A stretch of 64,000 bases of DNA from assembly GCA_034928305.1 (NCBI GenBank), contig JAYFOZ010000001.1:173255-237254 (forward strand), read 5' to 3'. The translations under genes were made by a program, and so were the position numbers. The notes below the pieces were generated by a model. The model ran no database searches and was not told the origin of the DNA. It saw only the letters and a list, made by a program, of their open reading frames with translations. Of this stretch, positions 19,072-27,607 are shown one piece after another. This stretch comes from Methanomassiliicoccaceae archaeon (GTDB lineage Archaea > Thermoplasmatota > Thermoplasmata > Methanomassiliicoccales > Methanomethylophilaceae). How positions within the stretch are numbered: the first letter of the stretch is position 1; each line of letters opens with the position of its first letter.

Positions 19072-19112
19072 TAAATTATATAGGCTTCTGTCAATCTGGA
19101 TGCCGGCCGGAA

Positions 19113-21260
19113 ATGTATCAGATAGCATTCTACGGGAAAGGAGGAATAGGAAAGTCGACCATGGCCGCAAACATATCGGTCGCCCTAGCGGGCAAGGGAG
19201 CCAGGGTGATGCAGATAGGGTGCGACCCCAAGCACGACTCGACAAGACTTCTTCTCGGGGGGCGGGTCCAGACGACGGTACTGGACTACGTGCGTGAAGT
19301 ACCGGCAGGAAAGAGAAAGATCGAAGATGTGATGATGAAAGGCACATCCGGGATACTGTGCATCGAGGCGGGAGGTCCCGAACCAGGCATAGGATGCGCG
19401 GGGCGCGGTATACTGACGGCGTTTGATACGCTGAAGAAACTGGGCGCAGACGACTACGACGTCGAAGTGAAGATTTACGACGTCCTCGGGGATGTGGTGT
19501 GCGGTGGTTTTGCAGTCCCGCTGAGGGGAGAGTATGCCGACGGAATAGTGCTGGTCACATCCGGCGAGTTCATGTCGTTATACGCCGCCAACAACATAAT
19601 GAAGGGGCTGACCAACTTTGACACAGGCAAACCCAGATTGATAGGAATCATACTCAATTCGCGCGGAGTGGAGGGGGAAGAGGAAACCGTCAGGCGGTTC
19701 GCCGAAGCCGCGGGGACCAAGATAATAGCGGTCATCCCCCGCCATAGGCTGTTCTATGAGGCCGAATCATCCGGCCATACGGTCCGCGAGATGTTCCCGA
19801 GTTCAAAGTTATCAGAAACGATGGATTCAGTGGCACAGTACGTCATCGACGTTCGCGATGGGAAGAACCAGGCGTCGTTTTCCCATCCGCTCAACGACGA
19901 CCAGATGTCGGACCTTGCGGCAGGACGCGAAATACGCAGAGGAACATGCGGAGAAGCACTGCGACCCAGATGTACGACGTGCAATCCCAGGACTTCTATC
20001 AAAGAATCGAAGATAATGAGCTCTTGCGCCGCATACGGGGCCGCAGCAGCATATCTCAAAATGAACGACGTGGCCGTAGTCCTCCACGGGCCGCTGAGCT
20101 GCGCGTATCTCATGGACACGGCGCGCGCCAAAGCAGTTCTCGAACTTTATGCGGGCGGAATATATTCTACGGATCCGAACCACAATCTTAGGTGCACGAT
20201 GATGGACGACAGCTCCTCCATATTCGGAGGGGTCGGGAACCTCGAAAGGACCCTGAGAGATACAATTGGGGAGGGATACAGGAAAATCGCAGTGGTAACA
20301 ACGTGTATGCCCGGCATCATCGGCGATGACAGTCTGACGGTGATAAAAAAGGTGATCGGGGATAACCCCGGGGTCAGCATCCATTATGTCCCGGCAGATG
20401 GGGACGTCAACGGCGAATTCACAGACGGATTCATGATGGCCGTCGAAAAAATAACGGAGACCATGGACACCTCGTTGGAGAAGGAGCGGGGCACGGTGAA
20501 CATCATAGGTACGTCATTTTTCGATCTTCATTCACTCAGGAACGCGAAAGAGGTGGAAAGGTTATTCTCCGCTTTCGGCCTAAAAGAGAACTGCAGGTTT
20601 CTGGACGAGACATCTTCGGAAGCTGTGGCAGGCTTTTGCAGAGGTCACATAGATCTGATGGTCAACGACTCCGCCACAACGAGGGAAATGGCCTCTATAA
20701 TAGAATCGAAGACCGAGAGGGTGGCGCTGTCCGTGCCGTTGCCAGTCGGTCTCCACGACTATGTGGAGTGGGTTCGCCAGATAGGAAAGATGATGGATCT
20801 GGAAGAGGAAGCGGAAAGAGAGATCGAACGGGCAGAATCGGATCACGAGGAGTTCATAGAGGCGCACAGTCGCCATTTCAGAGGCAGAAAGGTCATCGTA
20901 ATGAACAGGACGTCGCAGAATATCGATTGGCTGATCGACATGCTGATCTGGTTAGGAGCGGAAATTTGCAGGGTGGGATGTGTTCCCAGCGCTCGCAAGT
21001 CCGGGTCGAGATCCGCATCCCGCCACTCGGACATCATAATGTCGGATTACGACACGGACGACCTCAGACGTGACCTGGCTAACATGGACCCAGACCTTAT
21101 CATCGGTGAATTCACCGGGCCTATAGGGAGCAGGTGCCGTATATCCAGGATCGGAAAGATAGGCATAGGCATTCTCCCGACCAAAGAGTACGTCGAGTAC
21201 CTGGAAAATATAATGAGGCTTCCCCGGGAGGAAGGTTGGAAGGAGGGAAGGAAAGTATGA
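19113..21260 (+). CDS. nitrogenase-superfamily fusion: NifH/BchL/CfbC-like ATPase domain + NifD/BchN-like 'component 1' domain
   Basis: MYQIAFYGKGGIGKST, CDPKHDSTR, GGPEPGIGCAGRGI and DVVCGGFAVPLR, then in the same frame SSCAAYGAA, LHGPLSCAY and TTCMPGIIGDD. The ORF-track start 19032 adds 27 non-homologous residues and is rejected. Confidence 0.8.
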   Translation: MYQIAFYGKGGIGKSTMAANISVALAGKGARVMQIGCDPKHDSTRLLLGGRVQTTVLDYVREVPAGKRKIEDVMMKGTSGILCIEAGGPEPGIGCAGRGILTAFDTLKKLGADDYDVEVKIYDVLGDVVCGGFAVPLRGEYADGIVLVTSGEFMSLYAANNIMKGLTNFDTGKPRLIGIILNSRGVEGEEETVRRFAEAAGTKIIAVIPRHRLFYEAESSGHTVREMFPSSKLSETMDSVAQYVIDVRDGKNQASFSHPLNDDQMSDLAAGREIRRGTCGEALRPRCTTCNPRTSIKESKIMSSCAAYGAAAAYLKMNDVAVVLHGPLSCAYLMDTARAKAVLELYAGGIYSTDPNHNLRCTMMDDSSSIFGGVGNLERTLRDTIGEGYRKIAVVTTCMPGIIGDDSLTVIKKVIGDNPGVSIHYVPADGDVNGEFTDGFMMAVEKITETMDTSLEKERGTVNIIGTSFFDLHSLRNAKEVERLFSAFGLKENCRFLDETSSEAVAGFCRGHIDLMVNDSATTREMASIIESKTERVALSVPLPVGLHDYVEWVRQIGKMMDLEEEAEREIERAESDHEEFIEAHSRHFRGRKVIVMNRTSQNIDWLIDMLIWLGAEICRVGCVPSARKSGSRSASRHSDIIMSDYDTDDLRRDLANMDPDLIIGEFTGPIGSRCRISRIGKIGIGILPTKEYVEYLENIMRLPREEGWKEGRKV

Positions 21261-22528
21261 GGACCCTGCCCGACGGTTTCAACGGTGCCATCATGGCGGT
21301 AGAGAGCATAACCGACGCCATAGCTTTCCTGCACGGCCCAGGAGGATGCAGGGTAAGGCACATGGTCCATTCGACAGCCGTCTTTCCCCGCGAGGACCCT
21401 GGAGACAAGGATGGGTACGACATACCATATTTCTACAGCTACCCGAGGGTGCCAGCAACATATCTCGACGAATATGATTACATAAACGGTGCGGCGTATA
21501 AGTTATCGGAAGGACTGCATATAGTTTCATCCAAGAAGCCGGCCCTCGTAGTGATCATCGATTCACCGGGCGCGGGGCTCATCGGCGATAATCACGAAAA
21601 GGCCGTGTGGGAGCTCGGACTTGAATCCAAGGTCGTATGCATGGACGAATCCCTCATATCTATGCCGTTCACCATTTGCTACGGCCACACGCTCAGAGCA
21701 GTAGTGGAGAAGCTCGGACCGGAAAGAGGCCGCCGGGAGAAGAATACGGTCAATATAATCGGCCTGACCATCATGGATAAGGACTGGAGGGCCGCCGCGG
21801 ACGAGCTGCGGGGGCTGGTCGAGTCCATGGGCCTGAAAGTAAAGTCCGTTCCCGGTGCTGGAGCTTCCACCTCGGAGCTCCGCGACTCCGTTAATGCGGA
21901 ATACAGCATCGTGGTGTGCCCGGAGGCGTGTGCCGGCCTGTCCGAGCTTTACGAATCATATGGGGTGAAAGTGGTGCGCTCGGATGCGGGCGCCCCCGTA
22001 GGATTCGATGCCACCGAGAGATGGATAACGTCGATAGCGGAGGCTACGGGCAGGGACCCGACGTCGGCGCTGGGGTCCGTCCGCAGGGCGAAGGAGAGAG
22101 TATATGAGAAATTTGTCGGTACGAAGTATAATTCGCTGCGCATAAAAGGAATGTCATTTTCCGCAGCCGGCACGGCATCGGTCATAAGGTCGCTGACAGA
22201 GTGGCTCTATCATTATCTGGCCATGGCGCCGGTCGCGGTATCGGTAGATCCCGGGGCCGATAAAGACGAGGTCGAGGCGCTTAAGGTATTTTTGGATTCG
22301 GCAGGATACCCCGAATCTTTTGGCCGGGAACCGAGAGAAGGTTCGGGCGCAGTCTTCTGCGAAGGCATAACCGCCTACACGATGCTATTGAACGGCGGGT
22401 GCAGGATCGGAGTGCCCATCGGATATTCCTCGATGGGCCTTGACGACGTGATTTCTCGCCCGGTGTACGGGGTACAGGGCGCGATGTACATACTGGATGA
22501 GATCCTGCACGGCGTAAGGGGAAATTGA
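21257..22528 (+). CDS. NifK/BchB-like 'nitrogenase component 1' subunit
   Basis: ATGA overlap with the upstream stop. AVESITDAIAFLHGPGGC and VVIIDSPGAGLIGDN motifs. 423 aa. Confidence 0.7.
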   Translation: MRTLPDGFNGAIMAVESITDAIAFLHGPGGCRVRHMVHSTAVFPREDPGDKDGYDIPYFYSYPRVPATYLDEYDYINGAAYKLSEGLHIVSSKKPALVVIIDSPGAGLIGDNHEKAVWELGLESKVVCMDESLISMPFTICYGHTLRAVVEKLGPERGRREKNTVNIIGLTIMDKDWRAAADELRGLVESMGLKVKSVPGAGASTSELRDSVNAEYSIVVCPEACAGLSELYESYGVKVVRSDAGAPVGFDATERWITSIAEATGRDPTSALGSVRRAKERVYEKFVGTKYNSLRIKGMSFSAAGTASVIRSLTEWLYHYLAMAPVAVSVDPGADKDEVEALKVFLDSAGYPESFGREPREGSGAVFCEGITAYTMLLNGGCRIGVPIGYSSMGLDDVISRPVYGVQGAMYILDEILHGVRGN

Positions 22529-22594
22529 CCCAGTATCCCCGTCGCATAACAAAAATCCCTTCCCGGCGGTTCCTGGGGAGGGGGGAAAAGGGTT

Positions 22595-23350
22595 TCAGAT
22601 CTTTCTCGTCTTCAGCAGATAGTAGTCCAAAGCGAAGAATGCCAGACTGAACGCGGCCAACACCATCAGCGAAATCCATGGGAAATCCAAATAGCCGGGT
22701 AGCGCCGCGGCCCTTATGCACTCGCTGGCATGGGTCAGCGGAAGGCAATACAGCACTCCCTGGAAAATCGGGGACAGAGAAGAAACCGAAAAGAACGTTC
22801 CGCACAGAAATGTCATCGGAAGTATGATCAGGCTGTTGAAGGTCGCGAGGCTCTGATGAGATTTGGCCAGCAGCGCCGCGGACATGCCGAGGAAAGAGAA
22901 GGCCAGGCAGGACAAGATCACGCACAGCGCAAATAACGGCGAAAGTACGAGTTCCGGCGCCAGAAACAACCCGAGGGCGTAAATCAGGACACAGCTCATC
23001 AATCCCCTGAATATCCCAAGCACAGATTTTCCGAAAATAATGGCGGGAAGGCTCAAAGGGCACATCATCATTTCGTCAAAACTCTTGTAGTAGAGCCTCT
23101 GGACGTTCATTCTTGTGGACGTCGACGAGAATGACGACGAGAGGGAAGAGAGTGCAACGATACCCGGTATTACGAACGCAACGTACGATACTCCGATATC
23201 GGTCGTCCCCGTCCTGAGCCCGTATCCGAACGCGATAAGATACAGCAAGGGGCTCATGACGCTCATAACCAGAATGTTCAGGAAATTGTGCTTGATGAAC
23301 ATGAGGTCTCCCCAGGCAACGTAATACGTCTGCTTAAGGAAGCTGATCAT
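22595..23350 (-). CDS. ABC-2 type transporter permease
   Basis: 251 aa, 6 TM segments, 4-nt overlap with the upstream ATPase. Confidence 0.75.
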   Translation of the reverse strand: MISFLKQTYYVAWGDLMFIKHNFLNILVMSVMSPLLYLIAFGYGLRTGTTDIGVSYVAFVIPGIVALSSLSSSFSSTSTRMNVQRLYYKSFDEMMMCPLSLPAIIFGKSVLGIFRGLMSCVLIYALGLFLAPELVLSPLFALCVILSCLAFSFLGMSAALLAKSHQSLATFNSLIILPMTFLCGTFFSVSSLSPIFQGVLYCLPLTHASECIRAAALPGYLDFPWISLMVLAAFSLAFFALDYYLLKTRKI

Positions 23351-24207
23351 TTCTGTGCCCCCACGCTCTTTCCGGTGAGTTCTACGAATACGTCCTCAAG
23401 GTTGATGTTCCTTATCAGTACATTCTCTTCGCTATCGAGGGATGAGACGAAAGCCTTGGCCTCGTCCCTGCTCCGGAAATACTTATACTGGGTCCTTTTT
23501 TCGGCCATGTACTCGACCGCCGTCGAACCCATGGCATCGCAGAGCTTTTTGGGCTCATCCAATGCTATTACTTTGCCCTGGTCTATGATTCCGACCCTGT
23601 CGCACAGAGCCTCCGCCTCTTCTATGTAGTGAGTGGTCAGGAAGATCGTCGTGCCCTTTCGGTTGAGGGATCTGACTACATCCCATAGGAGGCGCCTTGC
23701 GTTGATGTCGAGGCCGGACGTGGGCTCGTCCAGGAACAGGACCTTCGGTTCATGCAAGACGGCGCAGACTATAGCCACTCTTTTCTTCCAACCTCCGGAA
23801 AGCGAATCAACGGGCATTCCGAGATATTCTTTTAGACCGAAGTAGTCCGAGAGCTCCTTGATTTTTTCGTTTCTCTCTTTCTTCGGCATCATATGGTACA
23901 TTGCGTGGGAGACCATGTTCTCCATAACGGTAAGGTCCTTGTCAAGGGAGATCTGCTGCTGTATGACCCCCATCCGATTCTTTGCCTCTGTCGGGTCCCT
24001 CTTGATATCGAAACCATCGACTGTGATGGTACCAGAATCATATCCGGTCAGTGTGGCGATGCACCTTACCGTCGTCGTCTTTCCGGCGCCGTTGGGCCCC
24101 AGGAATCCGAATAGCTCTCCGTGGCGGATCCTCAGATTCAAATGATCTACAGCCGTTTTCTCCCCGAATTTTTTGACAAGATCGTCAATGATGATGATAT
24201 CATTCAT
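23347..24207 (-). CDS. ABC transporter ATP-binding protein (ABC-2/DrrA-like)
   Basis: Walker A GPNGAGKTT, signature LSGGWKKR, Walker B LFLDEPTSGLD. Confidence 0.9.
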   Translation of the reverse strand: MNDIIIIDDLVKKFGEKTAVDHLNLRIRHGELFGFLGPNGAGKTTTVRCIATLTGYDSGTITVDGFDIKRDPTEAKNRMGVIQQQISLDKDLTVMENMVSHAMYHMMPKKERNEKIKELSDYFGLKEYLGMPVDSLSGGWKKRVAIVCAVLHEPKVLFLDEPTSGLDINARRLLWDVVRSLNRKGTTIFLTTHYIEEAEALCDRVGIIDQGKVIALDEPKKLCDAMGSTAVEYMAEKRTQYKYFRSRDEAKAFVSSLDSEENVLIRNINLEDVFVELTGKSVGAQK

Positions 24208-24232
24208 TTAATCAACTCGGGACAAAACATAG

Positions 24233-24249
24233 TTGGATTATATATCCAT
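24233..24249. promoter_or_regulatory. operator copy TTGGAT-TATAT-ATCCAT
   Basis: In the divergent intergenic region between the ABC-2 ATPase (24207) and the binding protein (24366). Confidence 0.5.
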
Positions 24250-24292
24250 ATCCTTTGCGTATTAGGTTAATCTAGAATACCGATTATTCGAT

Positions 24293-24309
24293 TTGGATGT
24301 ATAATCCAT
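24293..24309. promoter_or_regulatory. operator copy TTGGAT-GTATA-ATCCAT
   Basis: Same intergenic region. The central GTATA is identical to the copy at 32493. Confidence 0.5.
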
Positions 24310-24340
24310 CATTATTAAATACAATTTACATTATGTCGTA

Positions 24341-24357
24341 TTGGATGATACATCCAA
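24341..24357. promoter_or_regulatory. operator copy TTGGAT-GATAC-ATCCAA (perfect half-sites)
   Basis: Lies 9 nt upstream of ATG 24366 and downstream of the TATA-like ATTATTAAATA (24311-21). Confidence 0.55.
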
Positions 24358-24365
24358 GTGATCGA

Positions 24366-25694
24366 ATGGATATGAAAATCAAGATAATCACAATAGTCGC
24401 CGCGACGGCCGTCGTGGTCGGGGCGATTGGAGCGTATGCACTTCTCAACGACGCGGACGACGACAGCGTCTATGTCGATGCATCACTGGCGATAATGGGG
24501 AATGCCAATGAAGATTCTAAGATCGACCAGGACGACCTTGACATTATTGAAGAAATAATCAGTGGCGAGACGGACCCCGCCGACCACCCATTGGCCGACG
24601 CGAACAACGACGGAGACGTCGACCAGGAAGACGCGGACCTTCTTCGCGACATGATCGACCATAAATCCGGCATAACGATAAACGTGGTCTGTTCCAATGC
24701 CGACGGGACCCCGTATGTACAGGATATAACATATCCGCTCAGAAGCACGGTTGTCGTTGGGACGAACCTTCTCTCTACATGCATCCAGGTAGGCGCGGCA
24801 GACTATATCGTCGGTTACACAAAGACAAATTACGGTGTCGCCCACGCACCCGTGATAGATAACGCGACGTGCATCGGAGGGTCAATCTTCGATCTGAACA
24901 CTGACACCTCAATAACAAACTTCCAGAATCTAGACGCACAAAAGGGGATTGATGCAGTGATTACGATGCCCTCAGTTTCATATCTCAAGACGTCTGCGGC
25001 GTACATCTCCGGCGCGGGGATACCCATCCTCAGGATTGATTCCTCGGACGGAATGGATTCTGTCGGCGGAGCGCTCACAATCGGATACATCTACGGAAGC
25101 GAGACCGAGAAAACCTCTTACGAATTCGCCGAGCTCAGCTATGCGGTGCTGGAAGAAATCACAGAAAGAGTGAGTGGATTGGAAGAATCGGAGAAGAAGA
25201 CCTTCATGGCAATCACAATGGGATACTATATCAGCCAGACCGACTCCGCGTATACAGGGGTTTGCGAGTACGCAGGCGGAAGCACGGTGACGACGCTGGA
25301 GGGCACTGGTTCGGTCAAGATAAACGACGGCGACGAATATTATCTCAACTGGAGCCCCGACTACATAATCAGCTTCAGGACGCTGGATTATTCGATTGAC
25401 TACACCGATATCTCAAGCAACAGCACGAAGACCCCGCAGGAAACATGGGACCAGTATTCCGGTTATTTCGACATGATGGGAGAGTCGTATGAAAACCTGG
25501 TGTACATCAACACCAGCATGCCTGTGACTTGCAGGATGGCATACATCGCCGAGATATTCTACCCAGACCTCTTTGAAGAGGGGTACGGGGACAGCGTGCA
25601 CCAGCAGTTTGTGGACAATTATATGGGGTATCTCGGTGACTTCGATGTCACCAAGGACATGACCACGATGATAACCTATGCGGATGTGTCATAA
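24366..25694 (+). CDS. membrane-anchored substrate-binding protein of a type-II ABC importer (Fe-siderophore/B12/heme class) with an N-terminal dockerin-like module
   Basis: TM anchor KIKIITIVAATAVVVGAIGAYALL. Two Ca-binding-type repeats: NANEDSKIDQDDLDIIEEII and DANNDGDVDQEDADLLRDMI. The remainder resembles Peripla_BP_2. Start chosen at MDMKIK. Confidence 0.65.
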   Translation: MDMKIKIITIVAATAVVVGAIGAYALLNDADDDSVYVDASLAIMGNANEDSKIDQDDLDIIEEIISGETDPADHPLADANNDGDVDQEDADLLRDMIDHKSGITINVVCSNADGTPYVQDITYPLRSTVVVGTNLLSTCIQVGAADYIVGYTKTNYGVAHAPVIDNATCIGGSIFDLNTDTSITNFQNLDAQKGIDAVITMPSVSYLKTSAAYISGAGIPILRIDSSDGMDSVGGALTIGYIYGSETEKTSYEFAELSYAVLEEITERVSGLEESEKKTFMAITMGYYISQTDSAYTGVCEYAGGSTVTTLEGTGSVKINDGDEYYLNWSPDYIISFRTLDYSIDYTDISSNSTKTPQETWDQYSGYFDMMGESYENLVYINTSMPVTCRMAYIAEIFYPDLFEEGYGDSVHQQFVDNYMGYLGDFDVTKDMTTMITYADVS

Positions 25695-25731
25695 ATGGGA
25701 GTATTCCCCCTCTTTTTTTGAGAGTGATCAC

Positions 25732-26529
25732 ATGGAGATGAAGGCCGTCGATCTGGGTTTCAGGTATTATGATAATGTGATATTGAGCGATGTCAACGTA
25801 GACCTCGAAGGCAACAAAATGGTGTCGATAATAGGTCCCAACGGAGTCGGAAAGACCACGCTCATTCACTGCTTCAGTAAGATACTGAAGCCCACAGACG
25901 GACGGGTGTATGTAAACGGAAAAGATATCGAAGATTACAAACTGAAGGAACTGGCTAAAATAATCGCATACGTCCCGTGCACTTCGCTGGACACATTCCC
26001 CCTGACCGTAACGGACACGGTTCTTTTGGGAAGAAATCCCCACAGTAAATGGGGGTCCCTGAACAGGGACCTGGAGAAGGTGCAGGAGACATTGCGGCTG
26101 CTGGGGATCGAGGATCTTGCCATGAGACCTTTCAACGAGCTTTCGGCAGGGCAACGTCAAAAAGTGGTGCTCGCCAGAGGGCTCGTGCAAGAGTCCCAGA
26201 TATTGCTTCTGGACGAACCCACGGCGAACCTGGACATCAAACACCAAATGGGCGTTACCAGATTGCTGCGTGACTACTCGCACAAGCAGGGCATAATGGT
26301 GATAATGATCAGCCATGACCTCAACATCGCTGCAAAGTATTCTGACGAAGTCATCATGTTGTACGGGGGGAACATATTCGCCAAGGGGTCGCCGAAGGAC
26401 ACAATCAATCCGGAGAACATAGAGGCTGTGTACGGTGTCAGGTCGAAAACCGTCATCAATAACGGTCGGCCGCATGTGATCCTCGAAGATGACGACGACC
26501 CGAAAACAAACATCTGCGCGGGTGCTTGA
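25732..26529 (+). CDS. ABC importer ATPase (FepC/BtuD-like)
   Basis: GPNGVGKTT, LSAGQRQKVVLARGL, LLLDEPTANLD, and the H-loop ISHDL. Confidence 0.9.
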   Translation: MEMKAVDLGFRYYDNVILSDVNVDLEGNKMVSIIGPNGVGKTTLIHCFSKILKPTDGRVYVNGKDIEDYKLKELAKIIAYVPCTSLDTFPLTVTDTVLLGRNPHSKWGSLNRDLEKVQETLRLLGIEDLAMRPFNELSAGQRQKVVLARGLVQESQILLLDEPTANLDIKHQMGVTRLLRDYSHKQGIMVIMISHDLNIAAKYSDEVIMLYGGNIFAKGSPKDTINPENIEAVYGVRSKTVINNGRPHVILEDDDDPKTNICAGA

Positions 26530-27607
26530 ATTGCCTGACGAAAAGGGGCTCGTCGAGGCATACCGTCACAATCTGTTCCTCAAAGTCGTTTTCATAATAT
26601 CATGCTTCGCCGTGCTTATGCTGGTCATAGGTTACTCCCTGGCGGTCGGCCAGGGAATCACCGTGTCAGAGTCGTACGAGATAATGATGAAACATCTTGC
26701 CGGAGAGATATATCCGCTCAGGTCCGAAATGTGGTGGAAGGACTACTTCATCTGGAACAATGTGATGCCTCGCGTGGTCGTCGGAATAATAGGCGGCTGC
26801 GGTCTGGCTGCATGTGGAGCCGTCATGCAGAGCATCATGAGCAATCCTCTGGCCGATCCCTACACCACGGGGATATCTTCAGGTGCCTGCTTCGGTGCGG
26901 TGGCATCCCTGATAGCAGGAGTCTCGTTCGCATCGCTGGGCAGCGGATACACCACCGTGACCAATGCTTTCATAGGCGCATTGGTTCCGACTATGATCGT
27001 CATACTGATAAGCAGGCGCATAAACGCGACCCCCGCAACACTGATTCTGATAGGGGTCGCGATATCTTACTTCTTCAATGCGGCCGTGACTCTCATGATG
27101 GTTACTGCGACCGCCGAGGATCTGCAGGCCGCATATCTCTGGCAGGTCGGAACCCTGACAGGCATGACATGGAGCAGCGTACCGCTGATGCTGGTCATAA
27201 CGGCGGCGGGTTCCGCCGTGGCGATGCTGTTTTCCAAAAACATGAATCTGCTCACGATGGGAGAGAACAGCGCAAAGAGCATGGGTCTGGACGTTGAACA
27301 GTTCAGAATGCTGTGCTTGATTATGGTGGCGGTAATGACGGCTGCCATCGTGAGTTTCACAGGCATACTGGGTTTTGTAGGTCTCATATCCCCTCACATC
27401 ACCAGGCTGGTGATAGGTTCGGACAACAGGGTGGTCATTCCCGCTTCCATGATTGTCGGCGCGCTGATGCTGGTCTCATGCGATCTCATCTCGCGTTTGG
27501 TGTCAAATATTACAGACATCCCCGTTGGCGTGGTCCTGTCCTTGCTGTGCAGCCCGATATTCCTGCTGATGGTGACCGGATTAAAGAGAGGGAGGGGCGT
27601 GTACTGA
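26489..27607 (+). CDS. FecCD/BtuC-family permease, subunit 1
   Basis: 372 aa, about 10 TM segments. Motifs RVVVGIIGGCGLAACGAVMQ and NPLADPYTTGISSGA. Confidence 0.85.
   Translation: MTTTRKQTSARVLELPDEKGLVEAYRHNLFLKVVFIISCFAVLMLVIGYSLAVGQGITVSESYEIMMKHLAGEIYPLRSEMWWKDYFIWNNVMPRVVVGIIGGCGLAACGAVMQSIMSNPLADPYTTGISSGACFGAVASLIAGVSFASLGSGYTTVTNAFIGALVPTMIVILISRRINATPATLILIGVAISYFFNAAVTLMMVTATAEDLQAAYLWQVGTLTGMTWSSVPLMLVITAAGSAVAMLFSKNMNLLTMGENSAKSMGLDVEQFRMLCLIMVAVMTAAIVSFTGILGFVGLISPHITRLVIGSDNRVVIPASMIVGALMLVSCDLISRLVSNITDIPVGVVLSLLCSPIFLLMVTGLKRGRGVY

Noticed and set aside
19032-19112. N-terminal extensions suggested by the ORF track: NifH-like at 19032, trpG at 8947, top6A at 59448, permease 2 at 27313, NifK-like at 21134, binding protein at 24297.
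   Set aside because: The extensions overlap upstream genes or add non-homologous residues. Internal ATGs coincide with canonical family N-termini and with ATGA/TGATG translational-coupling overlaps.
18633-19112. SRP (7S) RNA, RNase P RNA or a cobalamin riboswitch in the long spacer.
   Set aside because: There are only short fortuitous similarities (TAGGCC..ACCGGAAA; CAGGCTGTTCAGGATCGCAGC versus the helix-8 GGAAGGAAGCAGC core; GGAAAGT). Core conserved motifs are absent or broken. An SRP RNA starting there would run into the CDS. This needs Infernal to settle.
19113-22528. A bona fide nitrogen-fixing nitrogenase (nifHDK).
   Set aside because: H is fused to D. The K-like subunit lacks one of the conserved cluster Cys positions, and the total of 3+1 Cys fits a single [4Fe-4S], not a P-cluster. 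No nifB/E/N or cofactor-maturation genes are nearby. The neighbours are a chelatase and chelate importers.
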